The notes below the pieces were generated by a model that saw nothing but the letters and a program-made list of their open reading frames with translations, made no database searches and was not told where the DNA came from. A stretch of 64,000 nucleotides of DNA from Candidatus Zixiibacteriota bacterium (GTDB lineage Bacteria; Zixibacteria; MSB-5A5; GN15; FEB-12), in assembly GCA_019038695.1 (NCBI GenBank), contig JAHOYZ010000006.1, positions 17,112 through 81,111 on the forward strand, written 5' to 3'. Every line of letters starts with the position of its first letter. Position 1 is the stretch's first letter. The position numbers were made by a program, and so were the translations under genes. Positions 52,811 through 62,047 of the stretch are shown piece by piece.

Positions 52811-55194
52811 TATTTATCCCTTATTTCTGCGTTGAACTTCTTGATTAATGCTGCCACTACATCTTGTTGCATGGCATCAACTTCCTGCCCAGATAAACTT
52901 CGCTCAGGGGAACGATAAATAATCGCCAGAGCGATAGATTTTTTCCCCTGTTCGATCTGCTTACCGGTGTAGAGATCAAAAATGCTGACTTCTTCTGCCA
53001 ACGGACCGGCTGCATCCTGGGCGGCTTTTACCAATTCTCCGGCCGGAACGTCCGCCGCAACGATCATAGCCAGATCACGAGGTGCTGCTGGAAATTGCGG
53101 CAAGGGTTTGAATGGCGGGAGCGAAAAACCATCCCCTAATAGACTGGCAGTCGAAAACTCAGCGACAAAAACCGGTTGCTTAATGTCAACCAAACGAGCG
53201 ATACGGGCAGTCACCTGACCGATGCTTCCTATGACCGCATTGTTGCTCTTGATTTCAAAAGCAAGGCCCGACTCCAGATAGTTGATCTCCGCCGCAGCAT
53301 ACTCAAATGCAGGTCTGCGGAAGTGGGCGACCAGATGGTCAAGCGCTCCGGTAACATCATGGAAATCCAGTGGTCGCGGAGTCTGTCGCCAGCCATTTTG
53401 TGTATTGCCGGTAACTGCCACCACAATGTGTTGATCTTCCCGCCAATCATGATGGTTGTCGGGAGGAAGATATGCCGTTCCTATCTCGAAAAGACACAGG
53501 TTTATGTTTCGGTGTGATATGTTATGTCCGACCACTACCAACGTTGAGAGCAGCAAATCGTGACGCATCGCATCCAGATCGGAGGAAGATGGATTGACGA
53601 TCTTCACCATCGGAAGGTCCGGGTTGATCTTCTGAGCGAGGCGACTATCAACCAATCCGTGGTTGATCATCTCATTAAATCCCGCCCCGGTTAGAACCGT
53701 GCGAGCCTCCTCAAGGAACCGATCCTGCTGGTGATAGGGCGTGAAGAGTGGACCGACATTCGTAATCGCATCAGGAATATTTGCCCATCCCTCCATTCGC
53801 GCTACTTCTTCAATAAGATCAATCTCCCGCTCGAGGTCAGGTCGGAACGTTGGGACAGTCACTTCCAGTCTATCGTCACCTGCTACTTCCAATTCAATGT
53901 TGGTCAGTAGCTCGCGCATCCGATCTGTTGAAAGAGCGGTACCCAAAATGGCATTGCATCGTTTCGGACGAAGTGAAATTGTTCTGGGTTTAATTTCCCT
54001 GGGGTAACAGTCAACTACTCCGGCCAGCACTTCCCCACCGCAAAGCTCATGCATCAAAGACACCGCACGATCAATAGCATAGACAGCGCGATTGGGGTCA
54101 GCCCCTTTCTCAAATCGCGTTGATGATTCCGTTACGAACCCGAGATGCCTGCGACTCTTGCGAATCATGGAGGGATCAAAGTAAGCCGCTTCGAGAAGAA
54201 CGTTGGTGGTAGAATCCTCCACTTCGGAATCCAGTCCACCCATCACACCCCCGGCTGCGACGCCATTCTTGCCATTGGAAATCAACAGAACGTCGGGAAT
54301 AAGGTCATGCTCCTGACCGTCGAGAGTTTTGAACTTCTCACCCTTGGCGGCACGCCGCACAACTACTTCTTTTGAACCGAAGCGGTCGTAATCAAAAGCA
54401 TGAAGAGGGTGTCCTGTTTCCAAAAGAACATAATTGGTGATATCAACTACATTATTAATGGGACGAATCCCCGAAACCAAAAGTCTCTTCTGTATCCACC
54501 AGGGGGACGGACCGATTTTCACGTTCTTGATAACGCGTGCCGCATAACGGGGGCAGGCATCGGGATCACTGATTTTCACCGTAATGTAGTCGGCAGTTTT
54601 CTCAGATGATTCCGTCAACTCAAACTCAGGCTGTCGAACCGAGACACCAGCCAAACCAGCGGCATCACGAGCGATCCCTATTGCCGACATCGAGTCGGGT
54701 CGGTTAGGCGTAAGTTCGAACGTCAACTGATAGTCATGGAAATCAAGATAGTCTGCAATCGGCTCTCCGATCGGCGCATCGGAATCGAGCACCATAATAC
54801 CAGCGTGATCATCAGATATTCCCAACTCTCGTTCGGAACAGATCATGCCGCATGAGAGAATACCACGTATCTTCACCTTCTTGATGACGAAGTCGCCAGC
54901 CAGCTTTGCTCCCAGCAATGCCACGGGGACTTTTTGTCCCACAGCCACATTGGGCGCACCGCAGACGAGGTCCATTGTTTCTGAGCCGGTATCAACCGTT
55001 GCCAGCCTAATTTTATCGGCGCCCTCAATGGGCTTGAGATCGTTGACAACGCCGACCACGACTTTTTCCATGTACCGGTCGGTGGCGTCGATTTCTTCCA
55101 GCGCCGTGCCGCAGTTAGTCAGGTGGCTGGCCATCTCCTGGGCTGGCCATTCTAACCCGGTTAGCTCCAGGAGCCATTGGTACGAAATTTTCAT
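52810..55194 (-). CDS. pheT: Phenylalanine--tRNA ligase beta subunit
   Basis: MKISYQWLLEL, a tRNA-binding domain, B3/4 and B5 regions, and a C-terminal FDLYTGKQI..GKKSIA motif. 794 aa. Confidence 0.95.
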   Translation of the reverse strand: MKISYQWLLELTGLEWPAQEMASHLTNCGTALEEIDATDRYMEKVVVGVVNDLKPIEGADKIRLATVDTGSETMDLVCGAPNVAVGQKVPVALLGAKLAGDFVIKKVKIRGILSCGMICSERELGISDDHAGIMVLDSDAPIGEPIADYLDFHDYQLTFELTPNRPDSMSAIGIARDAAGLAGVSVRQPEFELTESSEKTADYITVKISDPDACPRYAARVIKNVKIGPSPWWIQKRLLVSGIRPINNVVDITNYVLLETGHPLHAFDYDRFGSKEVVVRRAAKGEKFKTLDGQEHDLIPDVLLISNGKNGVAAGGVMGGLDSEVEDSTTNVLLEAAYFDPSMIRKSRRHLGFVTESSTRFEKGADPNRAVYAIDRAVSLMHELCGGEVLAGVVDCYPREIKPRTISLRPKRCNAILGTALSTDRMRELLTNIELEVAGDDRLEVTVPTFRPDLEREIDLIEEVARMEGWANIPDAITNVGPLFTPYHQQDRFLEEARTVLTGAGFNEMINHGLVDSRLAQKINPDLPMVKIVNPSSSDLDAMRHDLLLSTLVVVGHNISHRNINLCLFEIGTAYLPPDNHHDWREDQHIVVAVTGNTQNGWRQTPRPLDFHDVTGALDHLVAHFRRPAFEYAAAEINYLESGLAFEIKSNNAVIGSIGQVTARIARLVDIKQPVFVAEFSTASLLGDGFSLPPFKPLPQFPAAPRDLAMIVAADVPAGELVKAAQDAAGPLAEEVSIFDLYTGKQIEQGKKSIALAIIYRSPERSLSGQEVDAMQQDVVAALIKKFNAEIRDK

Positions 55195-55197
55195 AGT

Positions 55198-56211
55198 TTA
55201 TTTGAACTGTCTCAGGAACCGCACGTCATTGTTGAAGAACAGTCTGATGTCATTAATTTTGTATTTCAGCATGGCTATTCGTTCGACTCCTATGCCGAAA
55301 GCATAACCGGTGTATTTCTCGCTATCGATACCGCACCCATCGAGCACATTAGGATCAATCATTCCACAACCGAGTATCTCCAGCCAGCCGGAGTACTTAC
55401 ACAGTTGGCATCCCTTTCCACCGCACAGAATACACGACACATCCACTTCCGCCGACGGTTCGGTGAAAGGAAAAAACGAGGGCCGGAAGTTGAGTTTCAC
55501 ATCTTCACCAAAGAAAGCCTTACAAAATGCCACCACAGCACCCTTGAGATCGGATGCATTGACTCCAACATCGACGAGAAACCCATCAACCTGATGAAAG
55601 GCGACATGCGCTCGTGTGGAAATGGCCTCATTGCGAAAACAACGCCCTGGTGTAATGATCTTTATCGGTGGCTTGCGACGCTCCAGTTCCCTAGTTTGTA
55701 CAGGTGTCGTGTGAGTTCGCAGCACCCTCTCCCCTTCAACAAATAGGGTATCTTGCATATCACGAGCTGGGTGGTCGGGAGGAAAATTGAGCGACTCGAA
55801 ATTGTAGTAGTCGGTTTCAATGTCCGGACCGTGGGCAATCTCGAACCCCATACCATGAAAGGTTCGGCAAATGTCGCCCATTACCTGATTCAGGATATGA
55901 ACATGACCCAGAGGCTGAGCTGTACCGGGCAGAGTCGGGTCGATAGACGATTTGGGACCACCCACCTCCAGACGGTTCTGCCCTTCTTTGATATTTGTCT
56001 CAATAGCGGCGCGAGCCTTATTGGCTGCTGCTCCAACTTGCTTGCGTACGTCGATAGGCAGCTTTCCGAGGCCTTTAAGAATAGCTGTTATTTCACCCTT
56101 TTTGCCCAGAAAATGGACCCTGAGGTCATTAAGTGCAGCGAGCGAATCAGCTTGGCTGATTCGCTCGAGTGCTTTTTCCTTTAGAACACTGATGTCATCC
56201 AATACGGACAT
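55198..56211 (-). CDS. pheS: Phenylalanine--tRNA ligase alpha subunit
   Basis: HPARDMQDTLF, RTHTTPVQ, PGRCFRNE, FHQVDGF and FGIGVERIAML. Confidence 0.95.
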   Translation of the reverse strand: MSVLDDISVLKEKALERISQADSLAALNDLRVHFLGKKGEITAILKGLGKLPIDVRKQVGAAANKARAAIETNIKEGQNRLEVGGPKSSIDPTLPGTAQPLGHVHILNQVMGDICRTFHGMGFEIAHGPDIETDYYNFESLNFPPDHPARDMQDTLFVEGERVLRTHTTPVQTRELERRKPPIKIITPGRCFRNEAISTRAHVAFHQVDGFLVDVGVNASDLKGAVVAFCKAFFGEDVKLNFRPSFFPFTEPSAEVDVSCILCGGKGCQLCKYSGWLEILGCGMIDPNVLDGCGIDSEKYTGYAFGIGVERIAMLKYKINDIRLFFNNDVRFLRQFK

Positions 56212-56229
56212 AGGCGCACTCCATCCCAG

Positions 56230-56580
56230 CTATTTACCGGTAGCCATCTTGGCCAGCGACTCGAAAGTGGTCATATCGCGGGCAGCGATATCGGCGAGCA
56301 TCTTCCGGTCAAGATCAACTCCGGCCTTCTTCAGGCCAGCAATGAAGGTCGAATAATTGGTTCCGCACATCTTGGCTGCCGCCGAGATACGAGTAATCCA
56401 AAGGCGACGGAATTCACGCTTCTTGTTGCGCCGGTCGCGGTAGGCGTACTTAAGGCCCTTGTGGACTGTTTCAAGAGCGGTCCGGTAGAGCTTGCTACGG
56501 CCACCGAAGTTACCGCGGGCCCGTTTGAGGACTTTTTTGTGACGCTGATGCGCGGCAACGTTATTTTTTGCTCGTGGCAT
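56230..56580 (-). CDS. rplT: 50S ribosomal protein L20
   Basis: [26 protein letters not shown]...[21 protein letters not shown]. Confidence 0.97.
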   Translation of the reverse strand: MPRAKNNVAAHQRHKKVLKRARGNFGGRSKLYRTALETVHKGLKYAYRDRRNKKREFRRLWITRISAAAKMCGTNYSTFIAGLKKAGVDLDRKMLADIAARDMTTFESLAKMATGK

Positions 56581-56620
56581 TGATCGAATCTCCTATTATC
56601 TAACTCAGATCCGCAATCAA

Positions 56621-56818
56621 CTATAGATTGGGGACCATCTGCAACATTCGTCTCGTGTCAGCCTTGGATACGTGGCTTGCCTTCCGCAGCTGACGCCTCC
56701 GCTTGGGCGACATCTTAGTCAGGATGTGCGTCTTGTAGGCATGGTGACGTTTCAACTTGCCGGACGCTGTCTTTTTGAAGCGCTTCGCGGCGCCTCGCTG
56801 TGTTCTCATCTTCGGCAT
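56621..56818 (-). CDS. rpmI: 50S ribosomal protein L35
   Basis: [45 protein letters not shown]. Confidence 0.97.
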   Translation of the reverse strand: MPKMRTQRGAAKRFKKTASGKLKRHHAYKTHILTKMSPKRRRQLRKASHVSKADTRRMLQMVPNL

Positions 56819-56850
56819 TACTTACCTTCTCAGCTATAACTAACTCTATG

Positions 56851-57483
56851 TTAGTTTGAATCGGTCGTTTCGACCGTTTTTGTATCTTCCTCTTTTGCTT
56901 TCGGCTCAGACTTCTTCTGGCCTTCATTCGTCCCCACAGCATCAGCAGCCTTTCGCAGATTTGCCATGATCTCCGGTCGAGGGGCGATAACCATGTTCAT
57001 ATGACGACCGTCGAGACGAGGTGGCATTTCAACCGTCGCCACATCATCCAACACTTCGGCCACGCGATCGAGCAACTTACGCCCAAACTCTGTACGGGCC
57101 ATCTCTCGACCGCGAAACATCACAAACACTTTCACCTTGCTGCCGGCCTCAACAAACGATCGAACATGCTTTGTCTTGAACTCAAAGTCATGTTTGTCGA
57201 TCTTCGGTCTGAAACGCATCTCCTTCAACTGATAGGAGTGCTGTTTCTTTCTGGCCAGCCGGTCTTTCTTGGAAAGCTCGTACTTGTACTTCCCATAGTC
57301 CAGAATCCGACATACAGGCGGCCGACTGTTGGGCGACACTTCAACCAGGTCCAACCCATGTTCCTTGGCCCGATCAAGAGCCTCAGTCGTCGGAACAATA
57401 CCGATCTGCTCCCCTTCAGGGCCGATCAACCGAACCGGCGAAACCCGGACTCGGTGGTTTGTGCGAAGATCCTTGCTACCTAT
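56851..57483 (-). CDS. infC: Translation initiation factor IF-3, apparently starting at AUA
   Basis: The track ORF starts at TTG 57429 (MIGPEGEQIGIV). However, the in-frame upstream codons encode IGSKDLRTNHRVRVSPVRL, which matches the conserved IF3 N-terminus (.N..IR...VRLI...GEQ.GI). The frame opens right after the thrS TAG. The only near-cognate start is ATA (57483-57481), 4 nt after GGAGGA. Confidence 0.8.
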   Translation of the reverse strand: MGSKDLRTNHRVRVSPVRLIGPEGEQIGIVPTTEALDRAKEHGLDLVEVSPNSRPPVCRILDYGKYKYELSKKDRLARKKQHSYQLKEMRFRPKIDKHDFEFKTKHVRSFVEAGSKVKVFVMFRGREMARTEFGRKLLDRVAEVLDDVATVEMPPRLDGRHMNMVIAPRPEIMANLRKAADAVGTNEGQKKSEPKAKEEDTKTVETTDSN

Positions 57484-57492
57484 GAAATCCTC

Positions 57493-59430
57493 CTACGATA
57501 TCTGTGACTTCTCAAGTCCTTTATTTTCAACTTCTTCCCGCAACAGGGCTGCGACTTCCGGCAGAGACATGGAACCCTTATCGCCAACGCCATGTTTTCT
57601 AAGCGACAACGTTTTCGACTCGGCTTCTCTGGCTCCCACGATGCACATATAGGGCACTTTCAGCATCTCTGCATCGCGAATCTTGGCGCCAACCTTCTCG
57701 GAACGATCATCCAGAACGGCTCTGATACCATGACCGGTAAGCTCCTCTACGACCTTCTGACCGTAATCATTGAAGCTATCAGTGATAGGTAAAACCTTCA
57801 CCTGAACCGGTGCCAGCCACAACGGGAAATTACCGGCGTAGTGCTCAATGAGCACACCGAAAAACCGCTCAATCGATCCGAGCAGGGCACGATGTATCAT
57901 ATATGGCCGCTTCTGACGGCCATCCCTATCAATATAGTGCAAATCGAACCGTTCCGGCAAGGAAAAATCAAACTGTATAGTCGAACACTGCCAACTACGG
58001 TTGAGTGCATCTTTAATCTTTATATCAATCTTGGGACCATAAAATGCCCCACCACCCTCGTCAACCTGGTAATCCAGACCAGCCTGATCAAGAGCCGACC
58101 GGAGACTGTCCTCGGCCCGCACCCAATCAGCTTCTTCCCCGATAGCCTTATCCGGCCGGGTGGACAAGTAGATGTCGTAATCGGAGAAGCCAAAAGAACT
58201 AAGGATATGAACGCAGAAATTGAGGGTCCAGAGGACCTCCGCTTCCATGTTTTCCTGTGTCACAAAGTGGTGAGCATCATCCTGAGTGAAGCCACGAACA
58301 CGCATGAGGCCATGCAGTACACCGCCCCCTTCAAACCGATAAACGGCTCCCAACTCCGCCCACCTCAGTGGCAAATCCCGATATGACCATAATCGAGACT
58401 TGTACATATAGATATGGAAGGGACAGTTCATTGGTTTCAATTGATATGAACGTCCTTCAACATCCATCGGGCTGAGCATCGAATCACTGTAGAAATCGGT
58501 ATGCCCGCTTCGATCCCACAAACTGCGCAGAGCGATATGAGGTGAGAAAACTAATTCATAGCCGTGCTTCAGATGTTCCTCACGCCAGAAATTTTCGATC
58601 TCGTTACGCACTCGCGCTCCGCTCGGATGCCACAACACCAGTCCTGCACCAACTTCATCGTTGATGGAATAGAGATCAAGCTGTTTACCGAGCACACGGT
58701 GATCTCGCTTCTTGGCTTCTTCCATACGATGGAGATAATCTTCGAGCATCGCTTTCTTGGGATATGAAACACCATAGATACGCTGTAGCATCGGACGTCG
58801 CTCATCGCCACGCCAGTATGCTCCGGAAGTCGCAGTCAACTTGAAAGCCTTGATGACACCAGTGCGCGGAACATGCGGGCCGAGACACAAGTCTCTGAAG
58901 CGTGAATGACTGTAAAATGTCACAGTGTCGACTTCCAAATCTTCCAGCAACTCGACTTTGTAATCTTCTTTCTCCAAACGACACTGTTCAATTGCCTTTT
59001 CGCGGGGCATTGATTCGCAGGAGAAACCTACATTCTCCTTGATGATCTCCCCCATCTTCTTTTCGATCTTCTGTAGATCTTTGGGCGAGAACGGTTTCTC
59101 AACGTCGAAATCGTAGTACCAACCTTCGTCGATTGGCGGACCAATAGCCAATTTCACTCCGGGGAAAAGCTCCTGAACAGCCTGCGCCATAATGTGTGAG
59201 CTGGAATGCCAGAACACCTGCCGCCCTTCGGGTTGATCGAAAGTCAATATTTCTATCGAAATATCGGAAGATATGACAGCGTTAAGATCACATACCTCAC
59301 CATCGACTTTCACCGCGATAGCCGCCTTGGCCAAACCAGGTGAAATGTCACGAGCTATGTCATAGCCGGTAACACCGGATTCAAACTCTCTGGCAGAGCC
59401 ATCCGGAAATGAGATATTTAGTAGCGCCAT
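57493..59430 (-). CDS. thrS: Threonine--tRNA ligase
   Basis: TGS domain LNISFPDGSAREFESGVTGYDIARDISPGLAK, plus class II motifs and an anticodon-binding domain. The ORF opens at 59475, but Met16 (59430, GGGAG 8 nt upstream) gives the canonical N-terminus. Confidence 0.93.
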   Translation of the reverse strand: MALLNISFPDGSAREFESGVTGYDIARDISPGLAKAAIAVKVDGEVCDLNAVISSDISIEILTFDQPEGRQVFWHSSSHIMAQAVQELFPGVKLAIGPPIDEGWYYDFDVEKPFSPKDLQKIEKKMGEIIKENVGFSCESMPREKAIEQCRLEKEDYKVELLEDLEVDTVTFYSHSRFRDLCLGPHVPRTGVIKAFKLTATSGAYWRGDERRPMLQRIYGVSYPKKAMLEDYLHRMEEAKKRDHRVLGKQLDLYSINDEVGAGLVLWHPSGARVRNEIENFWREEHLKHGYELVFSPHIALRSLWDRSGHTDFYSDSMLSPMDVEGRSYQLKPMNCPFHIYMYKSRLWSYRDLPLRWAELGAVYRFEGGGVLHGLMRVRGFTQDDAHHFVTQENMEAEVLWTLNFCVHILSSFGFSDYDIYLSTRPDKAIGEEADWVRAEDSLRSALDQAGLDYQVDEGGGAFYGPKIDIKIKDALNRSWQCSTIQFDFSLPERFDLHYIDRDGRQKRPYMIHRALLGSIERFFGVLIEHYAGNFPLWLAPVQVKVLPITDSFNDYGQKVVEELTGHGIRAVLDDRSEKVGAKIRDAEMLKVPYMCIVGAREAESKTLSLRKHGVGDKGSMSLPEVAALLREEVENKGLEKSQIS

Positions 59431-59504
59431 TGCCATTGCTCCCAAAGCAACAAGAGCGGACTGTCGAGAGGACAAGGCCAGACAAATCCGCTCACATCAT
59501 AAAA

Positions 59505-59581
59505 TGGTGGGCGATACTGGAATTGAACCAGTGACTCCTTGCATGTCAAGCAAGTACTCTAACCATCTGAGCTAATCGCCC
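59505..59581 (-). tRNA. tRNA-Val (anticodon GAC), CCA encoded
   Basis: The minus strand folds by hand into a cloverleaf: GGGCGAT TA GCTC AGATGGTTA GAGT A CTTGC TTGACAT GCAAG GAGTC ACTGG TTCAATT CCAGT ATCGCCC A CCA. This is a 7/4/5/5-bp fold with GTTCAAT-type T-loop and GAC at positions 34-36. Confidence 0.92.
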
Positions 59582-59627
59582 ACAATCAACATATCCCGGC
59601 TACAATACTGATAACCGGGGAACCGCC

Positions 59628-59656
59628 ATAATAGTCCAAAAACCAAATCTTGTCAA
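59628..59656 (-). promoter_or_regulatory. Near-consensus sigma70 promoter driving tRNA-Val (and possibly thrS-infC-rpmI-rplT)
   Basis: The minus strand shows TTGACA (59656-59651), exactly 17 nt (agatttggtttttggac), then TATTAT (59633-59628). It lies about 45 nt upstream of the tRNA 5' end. Confidence 0.65.
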
Positions 59657-59732
59657 GGCGAAAAAATCACTCTATCTGGACCAAAAACATATTGTCTGGG
59701 AAAGGCTTACGGTGTGTAGAATAAGATGGGAA

Positions 59733-59753
59733 GGAGGTCCGATGAGGAACTCC
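59733..59753 (-). terminator. Possible terminator hairpin after the flagellar/HDOD operon
   Basis: The minus strand reads GGAGTTCC-TCATC-GGACCTCC (8-bp stem with one mismatch), followed by TTCCCATCTTATTCT. It lies about 40 nt downstream of the HDOD stop. Confidence 0.4.
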
Positions 59754-59789
59754 TATTATGCCTGACTTCATGTCATCGCGTTGCGATTA

Positions 59790-60680
59790 TCAACCGCCCA
59801 GACCAGCCATTTGCAGGAACGTCTCAGCCTTGAGATACTCTTCGCGGAGAACCCCGCTAAACTGTTCCAGATCTTCTTCGGACACAGCCAGATATTCCAG
59901 TACGTCCGGATCGACGGCGCCCACCCTGGCGGTATCCCCATCGTCATAGAATGTTTTCTTGGCCAAATAATCAGCCAGCCAGACCAGAAACACAAGCGGC
60001 CCATCATCAGTATCTACAAGTTGCGGATGGTGGTGAAAGGCAATTGCTTCACTAAGTTTCTGGGGCAGTTTCCATTGCGATGTCAGAAAGCCGCCGATCT
60101 GAGCATGATTGAATCCAAGCGACTTCTCCTCCAATTCACAATCAGTGGTAGCATTGTCAGTTGCACGTGCCTGGGTTAGTATCTCGTGTTCTTCCTTAAG
60201 AAAGCTCGTAAGTATCATCTTGCCGACATCGTGCAGAAGACCAGCCGAAAAGGCAGCATCATGGTCGACCATTCCTCGCGATTTGATCCTCTGAGCCAGG
60301 ATCCGACAGCAATAGGCGGTCGCCAGGGAATGACGCCAGTACTGCTCCTGGAATTCCTGATCAACACTGTCCCCTTTGAACATATCCAATACACTGGCCG
60401 AGAGAACGAGGTTTTTAACCGCTTCCATGCCCACAATCACAACTGCCTGCCGTACAGAGTCAATTTCGCGAGCCAGACCATAGAAAGCCGAATTGGTGAG
60501 TTTGAGAACCTTCACCGACATAGCCGGATCTTCAGACAGAATTGAAGCTACCTGAGCAGCCGAGCAGTTGGGATCGTTGATCACCTTCTGTATCTGGTGA
60601 AATACTATGGGAGGCGTAGGCAGGTTGCGAATATTCGACACAACCTGTTTGACTTTGTTATCTATCGTTGCCGTAGTCAT
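59790..60680 (-). CDS. HDOD domain-containing signalling protein
   Basis: LPTPPIVFHQIQKVINDPNCSAAQVASILSEDPAMSVKVLKLTNSAFYG...AGLLHDVGKMIL. It starts 11 nt downstream of flgM. Confidence 0.8.
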   Translation of the reverse strand: MTTATIDNKVKQVVSNIRNLPTPPIVFHQIQKVINDPNCSAAQVASILSEDPAMSVKVLKLTNSAFYGLAREIDSVRQAVVIVGMEAVKNLVLSASVLDMFKGDSVDQEFQEQYWRHSLATAYCCRILAQRIKSRGMVDHDAAFSAGLLHDVGKMILTSFLKEEHEILTQARATDNATTDCELEEKSLGFNHAQIGGFLTSQWKLPQKLSEAIAFHHHPQLVDTDDGPLVFLVWLADYLAKKTFYDDGDTARVGAVDPDVLEYLAVSEEDLEQFSGVLREEYLKAETFLQMAGLGG

Positions 60681-60691
60681 TATCCACCGTA

Positions 60692-61045
60692 TCAGTCAGA
60701 ATCACCGGGTGTAAACTTGCTCATTTCGTTAGCCAGCTTACCGGCGATTTCCTGTCGGACGTGTGGCTGGTCATAAAAGCCCTGATCGATTCGCTGCCGG
60801 GCCTGGCGAATCTTGTCCATCCTGAGACCGCCATCGGAATCCGCATCATCCCGAGGAGGCATCTCCCCCAGTCCGTACTGGGAACGGGCCGTATCCGCTA
60901 ACTGGGTCAATTTCTGGCGGGCATCAAGCGACAGTTCGACCGAATCGCTACGTTGGGCCTTCTCCGATGCTCCCGTTGTTGATTCGGGCTTGGGTGCCAC
61001 TGCCGGGGGCTGCGGTTTGTTGTTATGCAGGGGTCCTATTTCCAT
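60692..61045 (-). CDS. flgM: Anti-sigma-28 factor FlgM
   Basis: 117 aa with a disordered N-terminal part. The C-terminus KIRQARQRIDQGFYDQPHVRQEIAGKL matches the FlgM sigma-28-binding region pattern. Flagellar gene context supports the call. Confidence 0.65.
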   Translation of the reverse strand: MEIGPLHNNKPQPPAVAPKPESTTGASEKAQRSDSVELSLDARQKLTQLADTARSQYGLGEMPPRDDADSDGGLRMDKIRQARQRIDQGFYDQPHVRQEIAGKLANEMSKFTPGDSD

Positions 61046-61121
61046 GTTTTCTTCTCTACTAACATAGTGTCTGCCACTCCACCGGAGCGAACCCCGGAAT
61101 CGGTGACAAAACTACTCTCAA

Positions 61122-61574
61122 CTATTTCTTTCCATCAACAAATTGCGGCGATTGATTACCATCAGTCACATATTGCAAAATCTTCTCACTGTTACGCAAT
61201 TGTCCCAGTTCTTCTTGTATCCGCTCACAGCGTCCCTGAAGATACCCTTCACATTCTGCTACAATGTCTTTGTTCTTCTTGATCAGAGTCATAACGCTGT
61301 TGATCACCTTTTTTACCCCTGGCAGAACGGAGACCATCTTGAACGCCTGTGGATCTTTTTTCCTCAGAGCCGCTATCTTTTCCTCAGACTGATTGATCCG
61401 TTTCCGACAGCGCTCGATTTCAGCAAACAAGTCCAGGAGGTGAGCATCTCGATCAAATTTAATGAGATCTCTCTGCTTGTCAAGGGTGATGTACAGCGTC
61501 TGGTAAAATGAATACTCCTCTTTGAGAGCTTTCGTCAGGTCCCGTTCCGTCTGCTTGAGGGCTTGATAATCCAT
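61122..61574 (-). CDS. FlgN-like flagellar export chaperone (tentative)
   Basis: 150-aa all-helical protein between fliS and flgM. The N-terminus LTKALKEEYSFYQTLYITLDKQRDLI resembles the FlgN pattern. The call rests on context and composition only. Confidence 0.4.
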   Translation of the reverse strand: MDYQALKQTERDLTKALKEEYSFYQTLYITLDKQRDLIKFDRDAHLLDLFAEIERCRKRINQSEEKIAALRKKDPQAFKMVSVLPGVKKVINSVMTLIKKNKDIVAECEGYLQGRCERIQEELGQLRNSEKILQYVTDGNQSPQFVDGKK

Positions 61575-61579
61575 ACTGC

Positions 61580-62011
61580 TTACGCCGTTCCTGTAAACTG
61601 TCCCGGACTGACGGCAGGTGTGACCGGATCGGATATCTCATCCGAACCCTGGTCTTTCAGGCCTTGCCAGCCCTCACGAAGTTCGTTCAATATATTGATG
61701 TTATCGTCAATCACGGTCAAATCTTTCGTCGCCTCGATGAGACTGATCTGGGCAATCAGAAAGGCATAGATTTTGCCAAGGTTGGTGGCAATCTCGCCAC
61801 CTTCGTCGTTGTTCAGAGTTGTATACAGATGGGTAATGAACCGTTTGGCTCTCTGGAGCTGTTCATACCCCTCTTCGTTCTCTTTTTTCTTGTAGTGGGT
61901 TGAGGCCTGACGGTACGCAGCAAGGGCACCGTCGTAGACCTGCAGGATGAGGTCAATCTGTGATTTTGAAGAAGTTTCGACTGCTCGATAGGTGTTTACA
62001 TTGCCATCCAT
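61580..62011 (-). CDS. fliS: Flagellar export chaperone FliS
   Basis: YRAVETSSKSQIDLILQVYDGALAAY...RAKRFITHLYTTLN.DEGGEIATNLGKIYAFLI. Confidence 0.88.
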   Translation of the reverse strand: MDGNVNTYRAVETSSKSQIDLILQVYDGALAAYRQASTHYKKKENEEGYEQLQRAKRFITHLYTTLNNDEGGEIATNLGKIYAFLIAQISLIEATKDLTVIDDNINILNELREGWQGLKDQGSDEISDPVTPAVSPGQFTGTA

Positions 62012-62047
62012 GGTTTCTCCCGGTGTTAAAAGGCTGTTCTGCCTGAT

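Noticed and set aside
59431-59504. T-box or attenuator leader in front of thrS
   Set aside because: Only about 75 nt separate the tRNA from the thrS start, far too short for a T-box (about 200 nt or more). No specifier or T-box sequence pattern is seen.
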